A stretch of DNA of 64,000 nucleotides from Rhynchobatus australiae (lineage: Eukaryota), in the NCBI GenBank assembly GCA_034780895.1, contig JAUZTB010000098.1:87775663-87839662 (forward strand), read 5' to 3'. Below the pieces are notes generated by a model, which saw only the letters and a program-made list of their open reading frames with translations, did not search any database and had not been told where the DNA came from. This document shows positions 1 to 11,842 of this stretch, piece after piece (within the stretch, counting starts at the first letter, position 1; each line of letters begins with the position of its first letter). A program made the translations under genes and the position numbers.

Positions 1-1207
1 CATTCCAGTGGGTTAGTGCTGCATGCTTTGTTTTTCAGGACAATTCGCCTTCCTGAGGTGTTGGAATTGAAGGCAGTACTCCAGATGGAACTGAACCAGG
101 GTTCTGAAGCATTGTAATAGAACTGTCATTCCTTTGTAATCCACCCCTCCTGAGAAGGGAGTCACATTACTTTATAATTTCAAAAGCATGTATACAAAAT
201 AATTTATAATTTACTTTTGAGATCCAACTCCTAAATCTCTGCCCTCCTCTGTGGTTGCTAATTTCTTTTTTTTAATAAAAAAACTCCTCTGTTGATCTAT
301 AATGGAAGACCTCACACTTCCTCTACTTTTAATCTCTGACTACCACAGTTTCTCACCATCCAATTTATCAATGTCTCATTGCTCCCATCTATTTTCCCCC
401 ATCACACAACTTATGTTGTCAGTAAGTTTCAATATTTGGCCATCTGTTATTCATATTACCAATTCTGTCTTACTAATTTAGTAGCTACTAGTGATTCCTT
501 CCCTCCTGCTTCTAATTTCAATGTGAGCACATTTTTCATTAAGTCCTTTTATGTAGGTCTCATTGGCTGCTGCAAGTCCATTGTTAAATTGCGCCCATGT
601 GCACCTCTGTATTTATCTACTGTACATGCTGAACCCAATATGGGCAAGGGATCTTCGGGTAGGAGTTTGATGAGAACTTGAAATAGTTGGATGTGGTTTT
701 AAAAAAATCATGTTTGTTGGGGTGGGTGGGGTGGGTGAGATAGCCAGCTGGTTAAGCACAAAATCCAGCAGTATCTATATCTGGGTGATTATATCGCTGT
801 CTGGAGCACCAGATAAACTTCATCCCTATGGTTATGGAAGCCCAGTAAATGTTCAGTAAACAAATGTTAAGGCACTTAAGCTGTTGTGGATTGGCAGAGG
901 ACCCAGTACCGTCTAATCTTGTATAGCCTTGAGTGCTTTCATCTCCATTTACTAACTAGTCACAAAATTAATCTCTAGATGGGAGAGATGAGCTGAACTT
1001 GAAAAATGAAAGGATATGCTCTTTTAAGTTTAATTACTTTGTTGCAGAAGGTGATGTGAGTGAAAGAGGCTGGTGGTATAAAGGAGAATTAGATGGATAG
1101 TTTGGGGAATGACCAATTTGCAATAGGTCTAGTTCCCAGATGGACCACTGGATTATTCCATTTTGAATGCCATTGCCAGGATTCTTGAGACGCTTTGGTA
1201 TTGTAAA

Positions 1208-1265
1208 GAGAGAATAAAATCTCAGCCCTGTCTGATGAGAGAATAAAATCTCGGCCCTGTCTGAT
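1208..1265. repeat. 29-bp tandem duplication, 2 copies
   Basis: gagagaataaaatctc(a/g)gccctgtctgat at 1208-1236 and 1237-1265, one mismatch. Confidence 0.95.
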
Positions 1266-1671
1266 GTGTGATCCTTTGTATCATCTCTTATTGACGTTTC
1301 CAGGGATCTTGGTGTATCTGCGCCTTGGTGCATTTGTGCTCCAGGAGCATGAGGGGTGACAGAAATGCCCCTCCCCCAAATAATCCTAAAGAATATGAAA
1401 GGTGTGTGTGATTTTGTTTTTGTTGTTCCAAATGGCCACCCAAAAACATTCTGATTTTAATATTCTGTAAGCATTCTAATTTAAGTGCCCCATGTTTTCA
1501 CTGCAGTTACACACTGTGCTGTCTGCTGATTATTTTGGTTGAATCCTGTATTAAACTTTCCTTTTTAAATAACACCTGATATATTACCAAAGTTTTTTAA
1601 ATTACTGGGATAGAGGTTTATGACTTTAAGTGCCCACAGGCTATCCAGACCCAGCATCCAACTAAGTCTGA

Positions 1672-1880
1672 ATGATGAACCATGATGATGCTGGAGGAAC
1701 TCAGAAGGCCCGGCAGCATCTGTGGAGAAAAGCAGGCGGTCAATGTTTGGGGTTTGAAAAAGGGTCCTGACCCGAAACGTTGACCGACTGCTTTTCTCCA
1801 TGGATGCTGCCTGGCCTGCTGAGTTCCTCCAGCATCATCGTGTTTTTCTTCTAGATTCCAGCATCTGTAGTCCTTTGTTT
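1672..1880. mobile_element. Fold-back Penelope-terminus element with degenerate hammerhead motif and 16-bp TSD
   Basis: About 70-bp inverted arms (1684-1752 and 1771-1839). Flanking direct repeat atccaa(c/g)taagtctga at 1656-1671 and 1881-1896. Confidence 0.8.
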
Positions 1881-4800
1881 ATCCAAGTAAGTCTGATATA
1901 GTAGTGGTGTGGAGCTAATGCTAAACAGGATTTGACTCTCCTAAAGAGGATGGGAGTGCTAAATTTTCCATACCAACCCAATAAGAGAACAGCAATTAGA
2001 CCAAGGTGCAAAAGTATGTAATTGGACACCAAACTCTTTCCAATAAGGGGGTTCTGAACCGCATCCGGGGATGCATTGGAGTAGGTTTTCTGGCTTTTTT
2101 TGGCCAGGAATATGGTGTGGTGTGAAGGAACTGGGACCAGGAACAGATGGTGCAAATTTCAGTGAGAATCTTTACCTTGCAAGTTGATTTTGTTTTGCAT
2201 AAGCAAGTTCAACATTTAGCTCTGACCCTCGAGGCCACTGAAATTTTCAAACTACACAAGTGTTATAAATCTTATTATAAAATTTTAAAAAAACACCTTA
2301 GGAATGTCAGAGATCTGTCTGGAGTTGATCTGTGCTTTCTAAATGTAACTATAGAGAAAAAAAACTTCAGAAAACTTAACTAAATGAAATAAAGCCACTG
2401 CCAGCTTTGGACATGGATTGAATAATCTTGTAAATAACCTTCAAAATAAAACTTCAGGCTTGTGATGCATGTGTTATATATTTTTTGAAAGCAGCCTTTT
2501 ATTCTAATAGGAGTGCAGTCCTCTGGACTCTGAATGTGACTGATGCAAGTTCTAGTGTTCAGACATTGCTTATGGGACCTCTTTTTAAAATCAGTAATTT
2601 GCACAAAAATCTTGACTGAGCAAGTGTTTGAATTCTCTTTGTGATATTTTTATATGCTCTCATTGGGGGGATAAAGTAGGTAGGAGAAAGAAAAATGTAA
2701 AATATGAAGTCCCAGAAAACTGGCTAAAAGCAAAGGTTTTGTTTCCNNNNNNNNNNNNNNNNNNNNNNNNNNNNNNNNNNNNNNNNNNNNNNNNNNNNNN
2801 NNNNNNNNNNNNNNNNNNNNNNNNNNNNNNNNNNNNNNNNNNNNNNCTAAAAGCAAAGGTTTTGTTTCCATTATTTCCACATTTATGTCATTGAGTCAGG
2901 TAGTTTAACCTATTGCCCTAAATGAGGATTTTGGGGAAAATACTTCAGGTTAACCAGCACTAAAACTCCATTATTTAATGGAGGTTAAAACTGCTGGGAA
3001 GAAATGTTCATGTTCTTCAACCTGTACTGTACTGTTGGCAGTATAATGAAGTATCCAGAAAATGAGTGTTACCATCCAGTTTCTTTATAACCTGAAAGCA
3101 ATTTTGAACTTTGTTCTTGCTCAAATGCAACTGCAGATATAATAATAGTGTAAAGTTAGGTGAAAGTGATGCAGTTTGGTAAGAACTGTTTCAGTCCTGA
3201 ATTTGGACAGAGACATTTTACTGCAGGGCTTTGCATGATTTTTTTTGGTCAGCTTAAAATGAGCAACGTTTCATTTTGTTGTTAACAAATTATTGGGTAT
3301 AATACAAACAAAAAAATACTTTTGTTTCTGAAGGGATGAATTGTTTGATCAGAAAATGAGAGGCACAGCGGACACTATGTGAACAGCTTGCAAGGAAGTA
3401 TAATTGATTTATTTAAATAGAAATTCTGAACATTTAGCAATGTTAGATTTGGTAACCTTTTAGATGTTTTATCCAGAATTTTTGGGAGCAGAATTTCACT
3501 CTATCAATACTGTAAAAGAAGTGAATGTCTTGTTTAGATTTTGAATGTTTGGTTTTGCAGAAAAATCCAATAAAAGACGCATCTTCATCAAGTATATAGA
3601 CTTCAGCATTGCTACTTGGGAATGTTTTTGGACCCTGCATGATCAGGGACACAAGCTGATCTATTCCACATTACCAGACACATACCTGCAGGCTGTTGCC
3701 ACAGGTGCTGGGAATCCTCCTCAGTCCAGGCTCAAGACTTGTTCTCTCTTGCCACCCACCTTGTACAGATGTGTTGAATATCTTGCGATGTATTGTGAGT
3801 TGTTGCACCTTCCCAAACACACCATGTCGCANNNNNNNNNNNNNNNNNNNNNNNNNNNNNNNGGACTGCAGTGGGGCAGTGATTGTATTGGTGCAGGGTC
3901 TGCATTGTTTTCCATATTAGAGCATTCCAAACCTGTGGAGTTAATGACCGGACCCATATGCCCACAATCCATAAACTCTGCTATTTACAGAAATAGTTTT
4001 AAGAGCCTTAGCAGAAACATTTTTGAAGACATTGTACAGTGTTTATTTTCCTGTCAGCAGTTTGCTTATTTCCGCTTAAATGCTTATCTTGAAGGGCTCT
4101 GTCTTCCACAACCTAAACAGCATTGCTTTCCCACTTTTTGGAATCGCCTTGTGCCCTCTGCAGAAAATGGGCAGGATATTGTGTGGTCTTCTGCACCTAG
4201 CTTTGAGTTCAGAGCAGTGATGCATGCTGCTCTGCCCAGCAGCTCTGAACTATTGAGGCTTCCATAGTTTTACAGGCACCATTGTATGGCCCGAAAGACC
4301 TGCAATGAAACTTCTCTGACACCACTGCACATGGAGCTATTGCATTTGTAACTGCTGCCCTTAACTTTTTAATCTTTATTTATTTCTCATTCAACTACAA
4401 TTATATTTTTTTCTCATTTGTGCTGCCTTAATTTGGCCATTGTTTCAATATCCTTAAGGTACATGAACTCTTTTTGTCAGTATCTTGTAGAAATGTGGAG
4501 TGTCTGTTCTTCAGACTTGCACATCCAGGTTCACCCCTGCCCTCTCGAACTTCCAATTTCTTAATTTAGTATCCCATTGTAAACACAGGCACGTCTCTGC
4601 TCTGTGGTATAGTGCTTTGGTGCTCCAGGCTAAAACTAAGCTTCCTCTCTCCTGTTATTATAGTATCACAGTTGCTTAATTTAATCATGGATTTGGTTTC
4701 ACTGTTGCAGTTTGACCAATGTTGATGGAATTCATCCCTCAGCAATGGTGTTCAGTCAATTTTCTTTTATCCTTGACTGCATGCAAGAGAATAGCCTTGT

Positions 4801-5207
4801 AGAGTTGGTCAATGCGCAAAGATGATATAATTTAATTCTAATGGAATTGAGTGAATTCTTGATTTAAGACAATTTAGTTGTCTTTTTCAATTGAAAAGAA
4901 TTGATTTGGAATGGATATAGTGCCTCGTCTTCCTCCCCCTCCTCACCACACTATACTCGAATTCGTCAATGACAACTGCACTTACCTGAAGGTTAACATT
5001 AGTTTCTACATTAAAACCATTGGCTGTCTTGATACCAATTCCAAAGAATGAACAAATAAATGGGCTATGGGCAGAGAACTGCTATTGGATTAGTAAAGAA
5101 TATGGGTTTAAGAAATGCATTGATGGGGACAAAATGTGTATAATGGACATTGGCACTGCTAATAACTGTTAAATCAACATTTTGTGTTTTTTTTTCTCTT
5201 ACGGCAG

Positions 5208-5314
5208 CTTGATGATTGTGCTCTGCAGCTGTCTCACAATGGAACCTACCTGGATCTGGAGTCTAACTTGGCTGAACAGAAAGATGAATTGGAAGGATTC
5301 CTGGAAGATCCTGG
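5208..5314 (+). CDS. FHOD3: FHOD3 internal coding exon (equivalent to human exon 2), N-terminal GTPase-binding region
   Basis: Polypyrimidine tract plus cag acceptor (AG 5206-5207) and GG|gtaagg donor (GT 5315). 107 nt translating to LDDCALQLSHNGTYLDLESNLAEQKDELEGFLEDP(G), close to recalled vertebrate FHOD3 LDDCTLQLSHNGAYLDLEATLAEQRDELEGFQDDAG. Starts phase 0, ends phase 2. Confidence 0.95.
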
Positions 5315-5719
5315 GTAAGGAAACCGGTTTTCCTATTTTTTTGCCAAATAATAAGACCATTTGAACAATACAGTCAGCTTTAATGACACAATATAGTGTG
5401 AAGTACCATAAATATAAAGTGATTAGCACATCACTTTTTTATGTACCGATCTTGAATGCTGTGAGAAGGCAGTCCATGCCTGGCTGATTTTAAAGATGAA
5501 ATTTCATCATCAGTCAGCTTTTTTTAAATAATTTAATTTGGGCCTATTGTCAATAATAACAGCAATACCAAAGATGGCCATGGAGATGTATCTGATGAGT
5601 TTCTGCAGTCATCAGATCTGGGTTTTTCTCTCTCCAATTACACAAGTTAGAGTTTGAAAACTTCTGTTTTTGATTAACTTCATTTTTAGGTCTACCAAGA
5701 TTTTTTCGGGGTGTAATGC

Positions 5720-6809
5720 AGTCAAAATGCTGAAGGAACTCAGCAGGTCAAGCAGCATCTATGGAGGGAAATAAACAGTTGATGTTTCGGGTTGAGACCC
5801 TTCATCAGGACTAAAAAGGAAGAGGGTCATCAGTGGGGAGGGATCTCCACAACATCTGCCACCTCCAATGGGATCCCACCATCAAGCACATTTTTCTTCC
5901 CCCCCCCCCCCATTTTTTTCACAGGGATCACTCTCCCAGCACTTATCCCTGCAACTGTTCAAAGTGTTACACCTGTCCCTACACCTTCCCCCTCACCACC
6001 ATTCAGGGCCCCAGACAGTCCTTCCAGGTGAGGCACCACTTCACCTGTGAATCCAAGGGTGATATTGCATCCGGTGCTCCTGGTGCAGCCTCCTCTACAT
6101 CGGTGAGACCCGACACAGATTGAGTGACTGTTTTGTTGAGCACCTTCTCTCCATCCTCCGCAATAGCCGGCATCTCCCATTGGCTAGCCACTTTAAGTCC
6201 ATTTCCCATTCCCATACTGACATGTCTATCCACAACCTCCTCTACTGTCACATTGAGGCGAGACGCAGGTTGGGGGAACAACTCCCCGTATTCTGCCTTT
6301 TGGTGGTCTCCAACCTGATGGCATCAACATCGATTTCTCTAACATCTGGTATCCCCTCCTCTCTGTCCCCNNNNNNNNNNNNNNNNNNNNNNNNNNNNNN
6401 NNNNNNNNNNNNNNNNNNNNNNNNNNNNNNNNNNNNNNNNNNNNNNNNNNNNNNNNNNNNNNNNNNNNNNNNNNNNNNNNNNNNNNNNNNNNNNNNNNNN
6501 NNNNNNNNNNNNNNNNNNNNNNNNNNNNNNNNNNNNNNNNNNNNNNNNNNNNNNNNNNNNNNNNNNNNNNNNNNNNNNNNNNNNNNNNNNNNNNNNNNNN
6601 NNNNNNNNNNNNNNNNNNNNNNNNNNNNNNNNNNNNNNNNNNNNNNNNNNNNNNNNNNNNNNNNNNNNNNNNNNNNNNNNNNNNNNNNNNNNNNNNNNNN
6701 NNNNNNNNNNNNNNNNNNNNNNNATAGATGTTGCCTGACCTGCTGAGTTCCTCCAGCATTTTGTGTGTGTTGCTCCAGATTCCAGCATCTGCAGAATCTC
6801 TTGTCTCCC
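5720..6809 (+). mobile_element. 5'-truncated Penelope-like retroelement (GIY-YIG endonuclease remnant) with inverted terminal repeat at its 5' side
   Basis: Frameshifted TYPCNCSKCYTCPY..IQGPRQSFQVRHHFTCES, YIGET and EHLLSI..LPLASHFKSISHSH motifs typical of PLE Zn-finger/GIY-YIG. The 5727-5765 arm is inverted relative to 6724-6760. Gap at 6371-6723. Confidence 0.85.
5777..5812 (-). ncRNA. Minimal type I hammerhead ribozyme motif (PLE-associated), partly decayed
   Basis: Minus strand reads AGUC CUGAUGA A GGG-UCUCAA-CCC GAAA CA UC AACU. Core boxes CUGAUGA and GAAA, stem II and the UC cleavage dinucleotide are intact. Two CpG>CpA changes weaken stems I and III. Confidence 0.7.
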
Positions 6810-9800
6810 TTTTAGGGGCATGTCGTCCTCCTCCTATGCTGACTGAACTTAGTGCATATTTTTGTTTTAGCTTGAGTGCATATGCAGATTGAATTCTGGG
6901 AACCAGGCTGCCTTTTATACAAGAGTAATCTTTAGTGTATTGTTTCTGTGTAAAGGTAGCATAATCCATTATTTGTGCTTGGTTTCTTGAATAAATCTCT
7001 CTATATAAGATTTGATACTTTCCAATGGATGGCAATGTGATTCTTGACTATCGATCCCATCATCTAAAGACTCCCCAAAATAGCTTAATTTAATAAAAAA
7101 TAGAGAGCCTGCAGCTTCCCACCTCTGTTCTAATGGTTAGATATATGCCTTGCACAAGTATCTAATCCTCTCAGGATTGTCCTCCTTTCTCTGTCCTTGC
7201 TCTCTTGTTCCTCTTTTTTTTGCTACCCTTCCTTGAGTATTGCTTCCACTTCAGTGTAAGCATGTGCTTGGTTTATGAGAGCAATGGATCTGCCTTGCAG
7301 TCTGCAATTACAAAGCGTACTTGAGCGTCTCTCCTTTTTGGACAACTGTTGGAAATCTATTTTTATTGTTGTTTGTGTTGATGGTTAAGAAAACTTGAAT
7401 ATAAGGTGGTAACTGTCACTACATCGTGCCAAGTGGAAATATGTGAATAAGCTGTGTCTGAAGTATAGTTTATTACCTCCCTATAGGAGGTTGATTCAAC
7501 CCTTTATGTCAGAAGTGGATACAGTTTGATACAAGTACAGTACTCCAGAAAATGTGTGGAAGCCTCTTGTGTTAATGTTTTCACTGTAGGATGTGTATGT
7601 CTTAAACTTGTTGAAGTTTGAATTATGGAAAACCTGCGATACAATTCAGCCTATCGTGTCTCTTGTCAAGAAAGAGCTACACAGTATAATACAAGTCAGT
7701 AGCCTTTCAAGTTGTGGCTCTTCAAGTTCTGTTTGACACTAAGAACCTTGGGGAAATGCTAAAATTGTTAGATGTATGACCAACAGAATACATTTAAATC
7801 GAGTTCTATTGTTTTATTGTTGAGAGATACCCAGGTGGCAGATGCTGGGCTTTGCACAGTTGCAGACTGGTAAAAATCTTCAAACTTTTGATCATTGACA
7901 TCACACCATGAGTGTTCATATCAGTGTGACTTCAAGAGTGCATTTTCACTTTCACACAAGGTGAATCCATGGTCAACAGGATTCCACTGGGAGGTAGTGA
8001 TGGCCAGTTGTTTCCTTCAGAGATAATGAGGAGGACTTGGCCTCAGCAGCTTGCTGTACTCTTTCTGCACTTTGATTCTATTGATTTCACACTGCTGCTC
8101 TATGCTACACTTGGCCCAAGTGATAGGATGAAATGTTATCTCTCTCTGAAGGTTAACCAGACATGTCCAGTCCTGTCTTGTGCTACAGAATTGTCAATGG
8201 TCTAGGAATAAGTCAGCTTTGCACCCTTCTGGCTAGAGAAGGCAGCAATAAATGGAAAAGCCTACAAAGAGTCGGGAATTATATGCACTATAATCGTAGC
8301 TACCTCCCTGACTTCTATATTTTATGGGCTTGACCTAACTATTCCTAAGAAAAAAATCTTGCGTAAGATTATATGCCGTCATTTTAAGCCCTGAAATTAT
8401 TGGTTCCTCCAAGGATGCAGCTTCCTGAGTTCCATTTGCCATCTGTTATTTTGCTCAGTTTTTTTCCACTATTTATACTTGAAACTGGGCCAGGAGCTCT
8501 GCCAGGTTAATTGACCGTGGGGATGATTTGCAATAAAACCCATTCTGAGCCCTCCATTCACTATACTTCCTGCCGAGGTCATCGGGCAGTGAGATTCATC
8601 TATCATTTGTTCCTTTAATTATAGTCACCATTCCACGTGTGATTTGGTGCAGAGACAATTCTGGCTCAGTGGTGTTAGCCCCTCCTGAGAGAAGGGTGAA
8701 GTTGGCCATGAGGATTTGAGGCAGTTACAAATGACTATTGGGGTTTTTTCTCAAGGACGTTGGATTACCCTCTTCTGTTCCAGCATTCTAATGCTTTAAA
8801 GATGGTCTGCCATCTGGATCCACAGGAATGGGATTCAGTCCAAAACTAGCTGCAGGTATTGAATTTATAAGGTTCCCGAATTTATGAGGCAGTGAATCTT
8901 TTTCCAATTAACTTTTTAAGACCACGAGAGCAAGAGATCCATAGTATACAGTAAAATTTGGTGTAGATTATTTAAGGGCACTGGGCATGAAGTATCTTGG
9001 TGTTGTGTTACTCCAGAAGCCTGTTTGGCAGTGTGCCCACTGCCTGCACCACCTCCTGTGGGAATATGTAAAATGGAAACATGTAACTTTGAAATCAGTG
9101 GTTCAATGCTTTTTCAATCAAATGCAAAAAAAACTAAAGGAAGTTGTAATTCAGGTGTGAGTTTGTACCGACTTCCTTGTTGTAATATTTTATAGTTGAT
9201 TAGGGAGCCCAGTGACATTGCAAATTACAGACTCTCAGCTTTCACCCTTTTAATGAAAACAATCTATTGCTTTGACCCATAAACCTTTTTTAATAACTCG
9301 TCTCTTCTACCTCTATCCAGTATTACCCACATACAGGGTGCACCACAAGTATGAGCTAACAAGAAGGCACTGCACTTGTATCTCTACAAGTTATTTACTA
9401 ACGAGGGATGGGAGTAGAAGCAAGGCATGTGGCTCCTTTAACCATTGACATTGACTTCATGGGCTGAATACCCTTTTCCATTAACAAGTTTGTGGGTACC
9501 TTGTGTGCTCCATAGCTGAACATCCAAACCCTTAATTGCANNNNNNNNNNNNNNCCATTTGAATTTTTAAAAATTAAATGTATTTGAAGTAGTGTTCAAA
9601 TTTTTTTTTACGGTCTGGGCAATTTTGTTGGATGTTGAAGGAATTTGTTCATGCAGTTCTCTGTGTCATCTAGGTTTCCAGTCCATCTTTTCAAGAGCAG
9701 AGACTGCTCTTGGATGTTTAATGTGATAAATCTGATGCAGAATACAAACACTGCAGAACAGATAATGGTGGCAGTACATTGCAAATGCAATACCCAACCT

Positions 9801-11761
9801 GTGGAAAGTTTACGCCAAGTTCATTTGATAAAACCTTCACGATCAAATTGTATCCATTCTTTCAACTTTTGTGTTTCACACATCTGATCTCGAGTGATTT
9901 TTTTTGAACATCTGTTGCATTCCAGATGAATTCAATTTAAATCTATATTTTGAAAAAAAATCAACTTCCTGCTTTTTTTTGTTTGAGACCTTGACCTGGA
10001 GTGGCTGTTGAGATAACAAGGAGGGAAGCCAAGCAGCTGTCAATCTAGAAAAAAGTGCCAACAGCAATAATTATCTTCCATCTGACTGCACAATTAATTT
10101 TAGATTTCTTCCATTTGGGGGGTTATTGGAGGAGGTGACTTTTTATTGAAAGGCTGGATTGAGAGTTAGAGATCACAGCTGAGATAAAGGCCTGTCTGTA
10201 ACAGTGGACAGCTATGACACAGAATCTTTGCCCTCTATTCAAATGCATCTTTGAATGGAATCATCATCTCAACGTTAAAGATATTCAAAACCAATTACAA
10301 CTAAATTATGAAAGAATGGAAGAGCTGGATAAACAGTTTTCCCAGTGATTCTTGTCATTACCACTTTACACAAGGTCTACTGTCCAAATGTACTGTGCTC
10401 CTGTTTTTTGTATGTACTTCATACAAGGGTTCTGTTGGTGCTGAAGGTCTGGCAGAAAGATGGAGTGGGGGGAATAATTTGCAGGATGAATAGTTTCACA
10501 CACAAATATTTAATAATCTACTGGCTCACTCTTTATTCCATAGATGTACAATTTTCTCATGGTCATCAGAGTGACATTTCTGCCTCTGGTTTACTTAAGA
10601 TGCACTGGTAGCATAAAGGGAGTTTACAGAGAGCAAAGAACTGTAGGATTATAAAATAGAATATTAACGACCTGAGATAGGAGCAGAGAGAAACTCTTAG
10701 CAAAGGTTTTATGCATTACTTATTCTCCAGTTGGTCAAAATGGGTTCAAAACATTGTGATGGACACCTCATAGACTTTGCACTTTATAAACTGATAAGTT
10801 ACAGAGCAGAGCCCAGACCAGTTGGTCCTAGTGTCTGTCGTCTCAAAGCAGTATTCTGGTTGCATGTCCATTCTCTTCCCAAATCTGATGTAAGGACTTG
10901 GTATGGGAGAGGGCAATTCTATCCATTCTCTTCTTGTACCACTTGAACATCTCTTTTTGAGAGCATCAGGGGCAGAGAAGGCACTTGAATCTTGCAGGGA
11001 AAAAATAAGTTGTCTAATCTTTAAGCTTGTAATTAAAGGTCAACCAGTCCTCTACCAAATAATTCATGTGTAATTGTTCATCCTGTAAATGATTGTCTCA
11101 ATTCCAGCTGTCTGCCAGACCTCTTTCACTGATACACAGATTCTTTATTAAACATGGATGAAACACAGGTCTTGTAGGCTGAATACCCATTGTAAAGTGG
11201 GAGAGTAGGAAAGTAAAGGTGTTTGGGGTTAGTTATGTGTCCCTTTTATATCCAACACTGAAACCACCCCCCCTGCCCCCCCATTGTTTTCTCTACCAAA
11301 AATGTTAGAACTGGAATGTTTTTGAGCAGTGAACATTTGCCTGATGTGATGGGAGGGAAAGTTAAGGAGACTAATTAATTGTCTGAGCTAATTGATGAGG
11401 ATATTTGATGAAACCTGAACAATGTGGGTTCTGAGAATGAGTAACATCTTCTCTGATGTGAAGTTGTTTATGTTGGTATTCTGCAGCAGGTGTTTGCTGA
11501 TGGATAGTTATTAGCTGTGGTAAAGATCGCATCTTAAGTGATTGCTTCAAGCTAGTGCTTTTGTGTCTTGAAGCCATTAAAGTGGGAATAGACATTCGAC
11601 AGCTTTTTTTGGGCAGAGGTGAGCAGAAAAATGTAAAGAATGGGAATGAGTTCTCTGGATCTTGCTCTTTTCAGGAATCTTGATATGTGCAGAGCACTTT
11701 GTAATGGCCTTTAGTTATGATCAGATATCTGATTATTTCTGTGGAAATTATAGTTTGGGGT

Positions 11762-11842
11762 GCCCCTAGAATTCTCTATGTGAAAGATGTATTTCACTGT
11801 GTGTTTCAATGTACACATGACTAATAAAGGTATCTTATTTTT
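11762..11842 (+). mobile_element. 3' tail fragment of the V-SINE seen at 50744
   Basis: agatgtatttcactgtgtgtttcaatgtacacatgactaataaaggtatcttattt matches 50966-51020. Confidence 0.75.

Noticed and set aside
2724-2869. Identical 20-40 bp sequences on both sides of 100-N gaps (also 18040-18179, 29614-29793, 62832-62981)
   Set aside because: Typical unmerged contig overlaps from scaffolding, not real duplications or TSDs.
2955-2997. Short imperfect hairpin (ctccatta-tt-taatggag)
   Set aside because: An 8-bp stem is within chance expectation for AT-rich DNA.
3545-4267. 240-aa ORF
   Set aside because: Non-ATG start, spans Ns, no recognisable domain, intronic; treated as a chance frame.
5182-5364. 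60-aa ORF overlapping the first exon
   Set aside because: Wrong reading frame; the real peptide is defined by the splice sites.
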